NCBI GenBank assembly: GCA_905236865.1
Contig: CAJOQX010000306.1
Coordinates: 1-45,308 of the forward strand
DNA: 45,308 nt
Source of the DNA: Candidatus Rifleibacteriota bacterium
GTDB taxonomy: Bacteria > Muiribacteriota > Ozemobacteria > Ozemobacterales > Ozemobacteraceae
Direction: 5' to 3'
Shown: positions 35,492-45,308 of the stretch, in pieces
Position numbering within the stretch: the stretch's first letter is position 1
Layout: each line of letters opens with the position of its first letter
Position numbers and translations under genes: made by a program
Notes under the pieces: generated by a model
Told to the model about the DNA's origin: nothing
What the model saw: the letters and a program-made list of their open reading frames with translations, nothing else
Databases searched by the model: none

Positions 35492-37594
35492 ATGATGCCA
35501 GAAGCCAACGGCGAGATAAGTAATGAATTTTTCAAAAAATTGAATCAGCAGATTGTTCAAAAAGACAATCTGATTAAATTACTTCAATTACAGATTAGAA
35601 ATTTAAAAAACCAAATTGAATCTGGTGAAGCAGATAACGATAGAGCAGATGATTTACAAACAGCTCTAGAGCAGAAAAATTCTGAGCTTGAAAGTTTGCG
35701 TGTTGAGCTAGATGAACAAAAGAAACTCTGTAAAAAAATCGGTGATGAAAAAGATAGCCAAATTCGTTCTTTAAACGAAATGCTTGAAAATAACAAAAAT
35801 ATGTCCGTTGCAGAGTATGTTGAAGACCCTAAAATTGTTGAATTAGAAGATAATCTTAGAAAAATTCAATCCGACTATCACAATGTAAAAAAAGAGCTAG
35901 ATGAGTTAAAAATTGAAAAATCTGGCGTTTCTGATGAAAATTCACAACTAAAAAGCGAAATAGAAAAAATAAAAGGTGAATCAGATAATTCTTTAAAGAA
36001 AATCAGCGAGCTAAATGGATTGTTAGACAAAAAACAAGCTGAACTTCAAGCTACTACTGATGAATTAAAAGCTACTGTCGAAGAACTTAAAAGTAAGACA
36101 GAACAATTAGAAGCTGTTCCTAATGAACTAAATGCATTAAAAGATGAAGAAATTAAAAAGGCTGTTTTAGAAGCCAACAATAAAAACCAAGAACAAATAG
36201 AAAAAATTTCTCTCGAAGCTGAAACATATAAGACTCAAGTTGCAGAGCTTTCTCAACAGATGGAAGATATGCAGAAGAATCTAGAAGCAAAAGAAAAAAA
36301 TCAGATTTCTGTTGATGATGAGTTAAAAAAAGCAAATGATGAACTTAATGAAGCTAAAAATGAAATCTTAAGATTAACAGCTGAAAATGAAAAAATAAAC
36401 GATAAAGTTAATGTCTACGAAACAGAAAAGCAAGATATAAATGAACTTAAAAACAAACTTATAACTTCTGAAGAAACTGTAGACAAATTAAACAAAGAAT
36501 TAGAAAAACTAAATTCCGAAGGGGTTTCAAAAACTAAGCACGAAGAGTATATGTTGCAAATTTCTCAATTGCGTCAAACGGTTGAAGATAAAGAAGAAGA
36601 AATATCTAAACTTCAAAGAAGCCTAGAATTAAAAAGAGATGAAGTTCCATCAGTAGACAACAAAGCCTTAGAATCTCTATCTCAACAATATGCAGATCAG
36701 CTTCTTATCACTCAAAATGTTGAAAAACAATTGAGAGAAGCTAAAAACCAATTAGTTGAAAAAGAAGCTGAAATTAATATGGTTAAAAATCAGCTTGAAG
36801 AACAGAAATCTGTTAAAGTATTAGACGCACCTGTTACTTTAGATAATGATGAAACTCTCGCAAGCTTTATAGATTTCTTCGACGGATTAGATGCCGCTCT
36901 TTCAAAAAAATCTGATCCTGAACTCCAAAATTTACATAAAAAATTAATGGATAGGCTAATTATTCCTAACAAGATTAATTATATGCCTGTTATTTCAGAA
37001 GAATTTGATGTAAATAAACATATTGCAACCACCTATTTCAGAAGCGATAAATTCCCTGAACGTTGCATTGTGTTTGAAGTCGAAAAAGGTTATACCAAAG
37101 GTGATAAGGTTATTAAAAAATCTAAAGTTTGGGTTGTTCAAAACCTTTATAGATGTACTAATTGTGGTGTTGCCCAAACTAATCCAGAAAGCCGTTTTTG
37201 CCATCTTTGTGGAACTAGAATAGTTGCTCCTAATGGACTTTCAATAGATAATCTCCCTATTTTTGAACCAACTGCTACAACTTACAGTAACTTCTCTCAA
37301 AGAATGATGGAAAAAGGAGATTTAACAAAAGCCAAAGAATACATTGAATTTGGTCTAAATATCGATCCTAATTATCTGCCACTTATATTCAGTATGTCAG
37401 ACGTTTTAATAACGGAATCAAGATTCCAAGAAGCCATAGATTACTTAGAACGTGCTTATAAGATTAAACCAGATGAAAGAACAAGATTGAAGATTCAAGA
37501 AATAGAAACAAAACTCAATATATTCTCTAATGCTAGAAGCCTCAATCTCAGCTCTGAAGAATTTGATAAGTTAATACATTTAATACAGAAATAA
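35492..37594 (+). CDS. long coiled-coil + GrpE-like domain + zinc ribbon + TPR fusion protein
   Basis: AGGAG RBS; ~450-aa heptad coiled coil; FIDFFDGLD...FDVNKHIA...IVFEVEKGY..GDKVIKKSKVWV (GrpE head pattern); CTNC...CHLC; TPRs GDLTKAKEYIEFGLNIDP and FQEAIDYLERAYKIKP. Confidence 0.8.
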   Translation: MMPEANGEISNEFFKKLNQQIVQKDNLIKLLQLQIRNLKNQIESGEADNDRADDLQTALEQKNSELESLRVELDEQKKLCKKIGDEKDSQIRSLNEMLENNKNMSVAEYVEDPKIVELEDNLRKIQSDYHNVKKELDELKIEKSGVSDENSQLKSEIEKIKGESDNSLKKISELNGLLDKKQAELQATTDELKATVEELKSKTEQLEAVPNELNALKDEEIKKAVLEANNKNQEQIEKISLEAETYKTQVAELSQQMEDMQKNLEAKEKNQISVDDELKKANDELNEAKNEILRLTAENEKINDKVNVYETEKQDINELKNKLITSEETVDKLNKELEKLNSEGVSKTKHEEYMLQISQLRQTVEDKEEEISKLQRSLELKRDEVPSVDNKALESLSQQYADQLLITQNVEKQLREAKNQLVEKEAEINMVKNQLEEQKSVKVLDAPVTLDNDETLASFIDFFDGLDAALSKKSDPELQNLHKKLMDRLIIPNKINYMPVISEEFDVNKHIATTYFRSDKFPERCIVFEVEKGYTKGDKVIKKSKVWVVQNLYRCTNCGVAQTNPESRFCHLCGTRIVAPNGLSIDNLPIFEPTATTYSNFSQRMMEKGDLTKAKEYIEFGLNIDPNYLPLIFSMSDVLITESRFQEAIDYLERAYKIKPDERTRLKIQEIETKLNIFSNARSLNLSSEEFDKLIHLIQK

Positions 37595-37621
37595 TTATAA
37601 AGTTTGAACGAAGGCTTAATT

Positions 37622-40288
37622 ATGTCAGAAAATGAACAAAAGCTTTTATCAAAAGCTTATGAACCAACAGAAGTTGAAAACTCAATTTATTCAAAATGGG
37701 AAGAAAAAGGCTGTTTTCACGCCCATGAAGATTCAAAAAAAGAAAAATATTCTATAGTTATTCCACCACCAAATGTTACTGGTATGCTTACAATGGGGCA
37801 TATTCTTAACAATACATTACAAGATATCCTAATTCGTTACCATAGAATGTTAGGCTTTGAAGCTATGTGGCTTCCTGGCACTGACCATGCTGGTATTGCT
37901 ACTCAAAATGTAGTTGAAAAAGCTTTAGCCAAAGAAAAACTTACAAGGCACGATTTAGGACGTGAAAAATTTGTTAATAGAGTTTGGGAATGGAAAGAAA
38001 AATACGGTGGTATTATTTTAAAACAACTCCGTAAACTTGGCTGTTCCTGTGATTGGCAAAGAGAACGCTTTACCATGGATGAAGGTCTAAGTAAAGCAGT
38101 ACAAAACACTTTTATAAAACTTTATAACGATGGTTTAATATACAAAGGCAAATATATTATTAACTGGTGTCCTCGTTGTAGGACAGCTCTCTCTGATGAA
38201 GAAAAAATACCAGAAGACACTAATGGACATCTTTGGTATATGCATTATCCTTGTAAAGATGGTAATGGCTCTATTCAAATTGCTACGACTAGACCAGAAA
38301 CCCTGTTAGGTGATACTGCTGTAGCTGTAAATCCTTCTGACGAACGTTTCAAAGACATGATTGGCAAAACTGTTGTAGTTCCATTTGTTAATCGTGAAAT
38401 ACCTGTTATAGCAGACGATTATGTTGATAAAGCCTTTGGTACTGGTGCAGTTAAAATAACTCCAGCTCATGATCCAAATGACTTTGAAGTAGGTCGCCGT
38501 CACAATCTAGCACAAATCATTGTTATGGATGAAACAGGCGTGATGAACGAAAATGCTGCCGAGTTCAAAGGAATGGATAGATTTGAAAGCAGAGAAGCAA
38601 TAGTCAAACGTCTTGAAGAAATGGGTCTTCTAGATAAAATAGAAGACCACCAATTAGCAGTCGGACATTGTGAACGTTGTAAAACTATAATTGAACCATA
38701 TCTTTCAGATCAGTGGTTTGTAAAAATGAAACCTTTAGCTGTTAAAGCTATTGAAGCTTATAAAAACGGCACTTTACGTTTTACTCCAGCTAGATGGGGT
38801 TCTGTTTATCTTCACTGGATGGAAAATATTCGTGACTGGTGTATAAGCCGCCAACTTTGGTGGGGTCATAGAATTCCTGCTTATACTTGTAGCCATTGTG
38901 GAAATGTAATTGTTTCTGCTGAACAGCCAACGAAATGTACAAAATGTAATGCAACTGAAGGAATCAATCAGGATTCAGATGTTCTAGATACTTGGTTCTC
39001 CTCTTGGTTATGGCCTTTTTCAACAATGGGGTGGCCAGACGAAACAGAAACATTAAAAAAATTCTATCCAACAGATACTCTTGTCACTGGTCCAGATATT
39101 ATTTTCTTCTGGGTTGCTAGAATGGTTATGTCTGGCTACTACTTCTTAGATAAATGTCCTTTCCATGATGTTTACTTCACAAGCATTGTTAGAGATATGA
39201 AAGGACGCAAAATGAGTAAATCTTTGGGTAATAGTCCAGACCCATTAGATATAATTGCAAAATACGGTGCAGACGCTCTGAGATATACTATTGTTTCGCT
39301 TGCTCCAGTAGGTCAAGACATTCGTTTTGCTGAAAACAAAGTCGAAATAGGAAGAAACTTTGCTAACAAACTTTGGAATGCTTCTAGATTTGTCCTTATG
39401 AATCTCGAAGGAGCTAATGTAAGTATAAATAATAAAATTCCTGATTCTGAAAAACTAAGTGAAGTTGATAGATGGATAATTTCTAGAATGAATTACACTA
39501 TAGATCAGGTTAGAAACTTGCTAGTAGAAGGTAATTTCAGATTTAACGATGCTTTAAAAGCAGTATATGAATTTATATGGAACGATTTCTGTGATTGGTA
39601 TATTGAAATGAGCAAGTCTGTCTTGTTTGGACAAGATTTAGAAAGAAAAGCTACTGTTCAACAAGTATTGCTTAGTTGCTTAGATAATGCTCTAAGAATT
39701 CTTCATCCATTTATGCCTTTTGTTACTGAAGAAATTTGGCAAAAACTTCCTGGAAGTGAAGGCTTCTTAATGAAAGCAACTTTCCCGATTGCAGACAAAG
39801 CTTCTATTGATTCTACATTAGAAGCAGAAATAAGCGATTTAATGGAAGCTGTTCGTGTCATTAGGAATATGAGAGCTTCTGCCAATATATCACCTGCAAA
39901 AAAACTAACCGTCAGAATAGTAGACAATGGCAGTCTTAGCAATGTTTATACAAAACAAGTTCAAATGATATGTGCTCTCGCTGGTGTTGAAAAATTTGAA
40001 ATAATTAAACAAAAACCAGTTGGTCACCTAGTCGGTCTTGCAGGCTCTACTGAAATATGTATCGATTTAGCTGGTGTTATAGATATTGCTGTCGAACTTG
40101 CTCGTGTTACAAAAGAAATAGAAAATACCGAAAAAAATAGGGCAAAAATTGCTTTTAAGCTAGATAATGAAAACTTTGTAAGCAAAGCTCCTATCGAAAT
40201 AGTTGAAAGAATCAGAACTGATGTTGCAGGTTATGATAAACAACTAATCAAGCTAAAAGAATACAAAAAAGAACTTGAGAATATTTAA
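37622..40288 (+). CDS. valS: valine--tRNA ligase
   Basis: PPPNVTG.LTMGH (HIGH variant), DHAGIATQ, ATTRPET, DWCISRQLWWGH, DVLDTWFSS, KMSKS, C-terminal coiled-coil arm. Confidence 0.98.
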   Translation: MSENEQKLLSKAYEPTEVENSIYSKWEEKGCFHAHEDSKKEKYSIVIPPPNVTGMLTMGHILNNTLQDILIRYHRMLGFEAMWLPGTDHAGIATQNVVEKALAKEKLTRHDLGREKFVNRVWEWKEKYGGIILKQLRKLGCSCDWQRERFTMDEGLSKAVQNTFIKLYNDGLIYKGKYIINWCPRCRTALSDEEKIPEDTNGHLWYMHYPCKDGNGSIQIATTRPETLLGDTAVAVNPSDERFKDMIGKTVVVPFVNREIPVIADDYVDKAFGTGAVKITPAHDPNDFEVGRRHNLAQIIVMDETGVMNENAAEFKGMDRFESREAIVKRLEEMGLLDKIEDHQLAVGHCERCKTIIEPYLSDQWFVKMKPLAVKAIEAYKNGTLRFTPARWGSVYLHWMENIRDWCISRQLWWGHRIPAYTCSHCGNVIVSAEQPTKCTKCNATEGINQDSDVLDTWFSSWLWPFSTMGWPDETETLKKFYPTDTLVTGPDIIFFWVARMVMSGYYFLDKCPFHDVYFTSIVRDMKGRKMSKSLGNSPDPLDIIAKYGADALRYTIVSLAPVGQDIRFAENKVEIGRNFANKLWNASRFVLMNLEGANVSINNKIPDSEKLSEVDRWIISRMNYTIDQVRNLLVEGNFRFNDALKAVYEFIWNDFCDWYIEMSKSVLFGQDLERKATVQQVLLSCLDNALRILHPFMPFVTEEIWQKLPGSEGFLMKATFPIADKASIDSTLEAEISDLMEAVRVIRNMRASANISPAKKLTVRIVDNGSLSNVYTKQVQMICALAGVEKFEIIKQKPVGHLVGLAGSTEICIDLAGVIDIAVELARVTKEIENTEKNRAKIAFKLDNENFVSKAPIEIVERIRTDVAGYDKQLIKLKEYKKELENI

Positions 40289-40296
40289 GACAATAT

Positions 40297-40329
40297 AAAA
40301 AACGAGGTTTTTATTAACCTCGTTTTTTT
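40297..40329. terminator. intrinsic terminator after valS
   Basis: 13-bp stem AAAAAACGAGGTT/AACCTCGTTTTTT. Confidence 0.88.
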
Positions 40330-40355
40330 ATAATTTATACTTTTACAGAGCAAGA

Positions 40356-40709
40356 ATGGAGAAAGAATTCTATCTAAGTTTACAAGATGTGGGAGACTTA
40401 ATATATAGAGCCTCCCAAAGGTATCTTTTTAGAGAAAAAAAAGACTTGGGTATGGAGGTTTCTATACAAACCAATTCTTTACAAGAAACAATAATTCTAA
40501 GGCTAGTAGATAAATCACATCTATTAGTTAAAGTATTTCCTCATAAAAATTTTTCTCAAGAATTTGTCTATCGTATTGAAGTTTATAAAACAAGAGAAGG
40601 CGAAATGCGTGGAACGAAAATAGCATTCTTAGAAGCTTCAAGACAAGATTCTGCCGTTGTTGAAATTCAAAAATTTGTGCAAAGTTTCCTTTCTCAACTT
40701 GGTTATTAG
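40356..40709 (+). CDS. hypothetical soluble protein
   Basis: 117-aa ORF with globular-looking composition that fills the intergenic space; no motif recognised. Confidence 0.65.
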   Translation: MEKEFYLSLQDVGDLIYRASQRYLFREKKDLGMEVSIQTNSLQETIILRLVDKSHLLVKVFPHKNFSQEFVYRIEVYKTREGEMRGTKIAFLEASRQDSAVVEIQKFVQSFLSQLGY

Positions 40710-40875
40710 GTCTGCCTATACCATTTGTCCTGATTAGTATAGTAGGTTAAACAGTGAAAATTTTGTTCGATAAAACTTTCTTTGAGAGTTTCTTATAATT
40801 CTTGGCTATTTATAAATTTTCATTGTCTCATAACTTATAAAATATAAAAGTTTTACAATTTAAGAGGGTAATAAT

Positions 40876-42930
40876 ATGAAAAAATGCTTGCTATATATAT
40901 TTTTTTTGTTCATTAATATAGCTTGCGTTTTCGCACAAGAATCATTAGGTTCTATAGAAATAGATCTAAAATATCATCTACTAATTCAAAAAGCTGAAAG
41001 AGCTGAAAAAACAGGGAACTATGAAGAAGCTGCTCAAAGCTACCAAGAAGCTTATGAAGAATCAAATAATGTTCAGCCTTTAATGCAATTGGCTAAGCTT
41101 TACACAAGACTAGGAATGTATGATACAGCTAAAGATGTAATAGATAAAATTCCAATTAAAAAACTTCGTAAAGCTGGAAAATCTGAAGTCCACTTGTTAG
41201 AAGGCAAAATTCAAATAGCCAAAGGCAATCTCGGTGACGCACATATAGCTTTAAACAAAACTTTAAAATTAACTCCAAACAAATTTCCTGCTAAAGTTAG
41301 ATTAGCAATGATAAACCTTATAAAAGGAATGAAATCCGAAGCTGAAAAACAATTAGACAATGTTGTAATAAAGGATAATATTGAATATGATATAGATGAA
41401 TACAGATTATGTTTTGCTATTGATATGCATAATGGCAATTTTGCTAGAGCATATAAAGCCTGTGAATTAATAAGCAAAATAAATACAAAAAACAACCCTA
41501 AAATTGGCTTTTTTGAAGCTATAATGAATCAACCAATCATAATATTAGTTTCTTTTCTACCTTTGCTTTTATCAAAATATCTTGCCGTTATATATTATTT
41601 AGTAGTTTTTATGGCACTAGGATTATGTGCATCAGCTTTGTGTAAAAAATCAGCATTTTGGCAAATCTTTCTTTTCGTATTTGCAGGCATAATTTTAATG
41701 ACTTTATCTTATAATTTTTCAATAACAGATGTTTATTCAAGCTTTTTAAATGGTTATTGTTATATTTATGATGAAATGTGGATTATACCCAGATTGATTA
41801 TCGGTTCCAACCTATTTGCGTTTGCTCTCTTTATTTTATATCCTTGTTTTAAACTATTAAAAGAGGATATACGACCTGTAACTTATGAATTATTAGGGAT
41901 TTGGCTTTTCTGTTTTTTCTTCAGCAGTTTCGTCCTCTCTTTTCAAAGCAACTTACCTATTATTCAAAAACTAACCTATATGAGTATAGGTTTAATATTT
42001 AGTTTCCTCTCTTCTTTAATTATGCCTTTTGGCAAATTAGTAGTATTTAGAATTACACAATTATTAGGTTTATCTAGTTTGATAAAAATAAGTGGTGCTC
42101 AAATCACTAAAGAAAATATAAGTTTTACAGACATGAAAATTTTAGAAACAAAAATTTGGAATTATATTTCTAAAGGAGACATTGAAACCGCTTTTACAAT
42201 AGGGAAAAAAGCTTTAACCATTGATAATCAGAAAAATTTTCCTTATTTTTGGCAAGGGTTTATTTTTGCCCTAATCAACAGAGAAAACTATGAAGAAGCA
42301 ATAAACAGTATAAATAATTATTATATGATTTTTCAAGGAACAGAATATTATGAAATTGGACAAATATATGAAGCTTATATAAAAACAGAAAAAGGTGATT
42401 TTTTAACAGCTTACAAAATCATCAATTCAATTTCATCCGATAGGGCAAAATTACTAAATGCTGATGAAACGGCAATTTCTCTTTTAGTCCTAGCACGTTG
42501 TTGTTTAAATTCAGATGATGCTAATCAAGCTCATATTAATTACAATAAAGCATTAAGCACAACAAAATCTTCTTTATTAAGATACATAATATTAACAGAT
42601 ATTGCTGAATTAGATTGCAAATTAAAATATAAACAAGATATGCCAAAATGGAAAAAAATAGCTAATAATCTAAATTGCGAAGGGAAATGTCTAGCTTATA
42701 GAAGTACAATTAATTCTATAGTTGCTTATACTTCCGAAATGAAAGATGAAGCCTTTACATTAGCTTCAGAATGTCTAAATTGTAAAATTAAAACAGGAAA
42801 AGCAATAGCTTGGCTTGGACACCTGCTTTGCAAACAGGGAAAACCAAGCGAAGCTGAAAAATTGCTTTCACGAATGACAGCAGGAAGCTATTCTGCTGAA
42901 TGTTTAATGGTAGAAATTACTTCTTTGTGA
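40876..42930 (+). CDS. signal peptide - TPR - multi-TM - TPR membrane protein
   Basis: AGAGGG RBS; signal ending VFA; TPRs (GNYEEAAQSYQEA, GMYDTAKDV); 5-6 central TMs; C-terminal TPR-like helices (ENYEEAINSI, GKPSEAEKLL). Confidence 0.8.
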   Translation: MKKCLLYIFFLFINIACVFAQESLGSIEIDLKYHLLIQKAERAEKTGNYEEAAQSYQEAYEESNNVQPLMQLAKLYTRLGMYDTAKDVIDKIPIKKLRKAGKSEVHLLEGKIQIAKGNLGDAHIALNKTLKLTPNKFPAKVRLAMINLIKGMKSEAEKQLDNVVIKDNIEYDIDEYRLCFAIDMHNGNFARAYKACELISKINTKNNPKIGFFEAIMNQPIIILVSFLPLLLSKYLAVIYYLVVFMALGLCASALCKKSAFWQIFLFVFAGIILMTLSYNFSITDVYSSFLNGYCYIYDEMWIIPRLIIGSNLFAFALFILYPCFKLLKEDIRPVTYELLGIWLFCFFFSSFVLSFQSNLPIIQKLTYMSIGLIFSFLSSLIMPFGKLVVFRITQLLGLSSLIKISGAQITKENISFTDMKILETKIWNYISKGDIETAFTIGKKALTIDNQKNFPYFWQGFIFALINRENYEEAINSINNYYMIFQGTEYYEIGQIYEAYIKTEKGDFLTAYKIINSISSDRAKLLNADETAISLLVLARCCLNSDDANQAHINYNKALSTTKSSLLRYIILTDIAELDCKLKYKQDMPKWKKIANNLNCEGKCLAYRSTINSIVAYTSEMKDEAFTLASECLNCKIKTGKAIAWLGHLLCKQGKPSEAEKLLSRMTAGSYSAECLMVEITSL

Positions 42931-42937
42931 CAAATAA

Positions 42938-45205
42938 ATGGCAGAAAATAATAAAAATAATGAAATAAATAATAAGGCAGTGAATGAAGTAAAACAAAAC
43001 ACTAAATCATCGCCTTCTAAAAATACCAATATAAAAAAAATAACTACTAAAAAACCCTCGAATTTAAAAAACTATTTTATTGATATGCTTTGGATTTTTG
43101 GTAGCTTTTTGACTATTGCAATATCAGCTCTTATCTATTTTAATAAAATTCCTAAAAATATTATTTTTGGACTTCAATCCTATTTTTCTTACTTCTATAT
43201 TTTAGCTTTAATAGGAATTTTTGGAGTTTTAGGCGAACAGTATACAATAACTTTTCTAGGTTTTTTACTACCAACTTCGTTGGCGGCCACAACACTCCTC
43301 ATAATGTATAAACCTTCACAATTTCCAATAAATGTATGGTGGAATCAATATGCTACAATGGTTCTTTTTTCAGCCGCCTTTTTACTTTATCTGTATTTCC
43401 GTTATGAATATTTAAGGAAAAATGGTAGACAAATTACAACCGATTCTACAGGTAAAGTAGTCAAATCTGACGGTGCACTAAAAGCAAGAGTAGATTCTAC
43501 TTTTGCTGCTAATTATATAAACGAAGTAGAAGAAAAGAAAAAACAAAATAACTTAGAATTAGACAAAGCTTTAGGTATTTCAAACGCTGATAATAAAACA
43601 GAAAATGATGCTGTTAATCAATCTAAAGAAGATACTTCTGGAGATAATACAAACGAACAAAATCAAAATGAAACAGATGAAGAACGCATGGATCGTGAAA
43701 TAAGAACCATGCGTGAAGAAATAAACAAAAAGTCAATGAGATTAACTACAACTTTAATGCGTATTAAGAATCTTACAAAAAGTCTTGATCGTGATCAAAT
43801 ATTTGCAAATACTGTAGAAATTATAACAAAAGGTCTTGATGCAAAAAAAGTTCAATTGCTTTTAAACGATGAAAAAGAAGGAAAACTTAGAATTGTAAAA
43901 GCTACAGGAATAAAACCAGCAGATTATAAAAAATTTGAAATTCCTTACGAAGAAAACAGTATGATTACTCACCTATTAAAACAAAAAATAAATGACGTTG
44001 TTGGTGGTGCAGGTGCCTTTGGCGTAAAAGAATGTGAAGTTGACCCCAAGTTAAGAGTGTTAATAGGGAAAGGAGTTTTTAAAACTATTCTCGCCGCCCC
44101 TATTTATGCAGATGGAAAACTATTTGCCATTCTAAATGTCGAAGAAATGACAAATTCAGATTATTCAAGAGATGATCAAAATTTACTTACAACCTGTGCA
44201 GAAGTTGCTGGTTTGGTCATGAAAAACGCAAAACTATATTCTGCAACCATGGAAGATTTGGTTTCCTCGCAAAAACTTAACGAAGAACAACTTAGAAAAA
44301 ATGAAGAACTTCGTGGTAGTTTAAGCAGAATCGTTTCTCCCTCTGTTGCAGAAATGATTATGTCTGACCCATCCGCATTAAAACTGGGTGGGAAAAAATG
44401 TGAAGTTACTATGTTCTTTTCTGACATTCGTGGATTCACAAAAATGTCTGAAAGCATGGATCCAACAGATATCGTTGAACAACTCAATGTATATTTCACT
44501 AAAATGACCGACATTCTTATGGAACTAGACGGAACTCTAGACAAATATGTTGGTGACGAATTAATGGCTCTTTTCGGAGCACCTGTTGCTAGAAATGATG
44601 ACCCTATTAGAGCTGTTCTTTGCGGTGTAAGAATGTTAGAAGCACTTTATCAACTTCAAGAAGTATGGAAAAAAGAAGGAAAACCAGTAATACAAATTGG
44701 TATCGGAGTTAATACTGGTATTGTTACCGCAGGTTATATGGGTTCTGAAAAAGCTCTTTCTTATACTGTTATAGGCGATAATGTTAATCTCGCAGCTCGT
44801 ATTATGGCACAAGCTAAAGGAATGGAAATGTTTATTACTAGAGCAACTTATGAGCGAGTTAAAGATTATTTTGACATAGAACAACGTGAATCCATAATGG
44901 TAAAAGGGAAATCAATGCCAATTGAAATTTTCTGTGTCAAAAAAGTTAAAGATGGGGTTGATATGTCTACTGTTATAGGAAAAGATGTTGCCCACTTAGC
45001 AACCTCATTAGTGGAAGAAAAACCTAAATCTATAAAAATAGAAGAACCCAAACCTTTAACTAATTTACCTCCAAATATGAAAAAAGAAGATATGAAACAA
45101 AATATACAGATAGAAAAAGTTAAAATGATAGCTTGTTCAAACTGCGGACAAGAAAATAACCCACAAGAAAAATTCTGCACAAAATGCGGAATGCCTATTT
45201 TTTAG
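42938..45205 (+). CDS. membrane-bound class III adenylate cyclase with GAF domain and C-terminal zinc ribbon
   Basis: 4 N-terminal TMs, coiled coil, GAF (LAAPIYADGKLFAILNV...YSRDDQNLL), FSDIRGFT, DKYVGD, YTVIGDNVNLAAR, VKGK, CSNC...FCTKCG. Confidence 0.92.
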   Translation: MAENNKNNEINNKAVNEVKQNTKSSPSKNTNIKKITTKKPSNLKNYFIDMLWIFGSFLTIAISALIYFNKIPKNIIFGLQSYFSYFYILALIGIFGVLGEQYTITFLGFLLPTSLAATTLLIMYKPSQFPINVWWNQYATMVLFSAAFLLYLYFRYEYLRKNGRQITTDSTGKVVKSDGALKARVDSTFAANYINEVEEKKKQNNLELDKALGISNADNKTENDAVNQSKEDTSGDNTNEQNQNETDEERMDREIRTMREEINKKSMRLTTTLMRIKNLTKSLDRDQIFANTVEIITKGLDAKKVQLLLNDEKEGKLRIVKATGIKPADYKKFEIPYEENSMITHLLKQKINDVVGGAGAFGVKECEVDPKLRVLIGKGVFKTILAAPIYADGKLFAILNVEEMTNSDYSRDDQNLLTTCAEVAGLVMKNAKLYSATMEDLVSSQKLNEEQLRKNEELRGSLSRIVSPSVAEMIMSDPSALKLGGKKCEVTMFFSDIRGFTKMSESMDPTDIVEQLNVYFTKMTDILMELDGTLDKYVGDELMALFGAPVARNDDPIRAVLCGVRMLEALYQLQEVWKKEGKPVIQIGIGVNTGIVTAGYMGSEKALSYTVIGDNVNLAARIMAQAKGMEMFITRATYERVKDYFDIEQRESIMVKGKSMPIEIFCVKKVKDGVDMSTVIGKDVAHLATSLVEEKPKSIKIEEPKPLTNLPPNMKKEDMKQNIQIEKVKMIACSNCGQENNPQEKFCTKCGMPIF

Positions 45206-45308
45206 TAAATTTTGAAAATAACTTTGATAATTTATACTTCAGAACTATCAACCAATATGGAGTCAGTTCACCTTTATCTATGCGTTCATCATAAAAATAT
45301 GACAAAAA

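Noticed and set aside
3097-45180. Numerous short antisense or overlapping ORFs (e.g. 8262-8672, 15271-15657, 26589-26978, 33099-33416, 44176-44544)
   Set aside because: They are shadows of real genes on the opposite strand or frame, with Phe/Ser/Leu-rich mirror composition and no motifs.

Overview
AT-rich bacterial chromosomal window (roughly 30% GC by eye, standard code 11) with about 27 supportable CDS. No rRNA, tRNA, CRISPR array or intact transposase is visible. Housekeeping genes (murI, ptsI, surE, birA, valS, a DegT-family aminotransferase) are mixed with a dense set of cell-envelope genes. These are a degenerate TagO/WecA-TagA fusion, two paralogous exported proteins, a type IV filament locus (membrane TPR protein, 954-aa PilX-like, PilV-like, elongated PilW-like, pilC), a 1526-aa Ig/beta-propeller lipoprotein, a CxxS thioredoxin, and a translationally coupled ptsI-DUF192-O-antigen-ligase/TPR-lolA-TM2/TPR operon. 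Also present are a coiled-coil/GrpE/Zn-ribbon/TPR fusion and a TPR-membrane-TPR protein paired with a GAF-class III adenylate cyclase. The TPR- and pilin-rich diderm gene content reminds me of Candidatus Riflebacteria, but this is an unverified impression. Intergenic DNA holds three copies of a 21-22 bp motif that resembles ISAs1-family ends, dispersed degenerate 7-bp tandem repeats and a REP-like palindrome. All domain calls come from reading motifs by eye; no searches were run.
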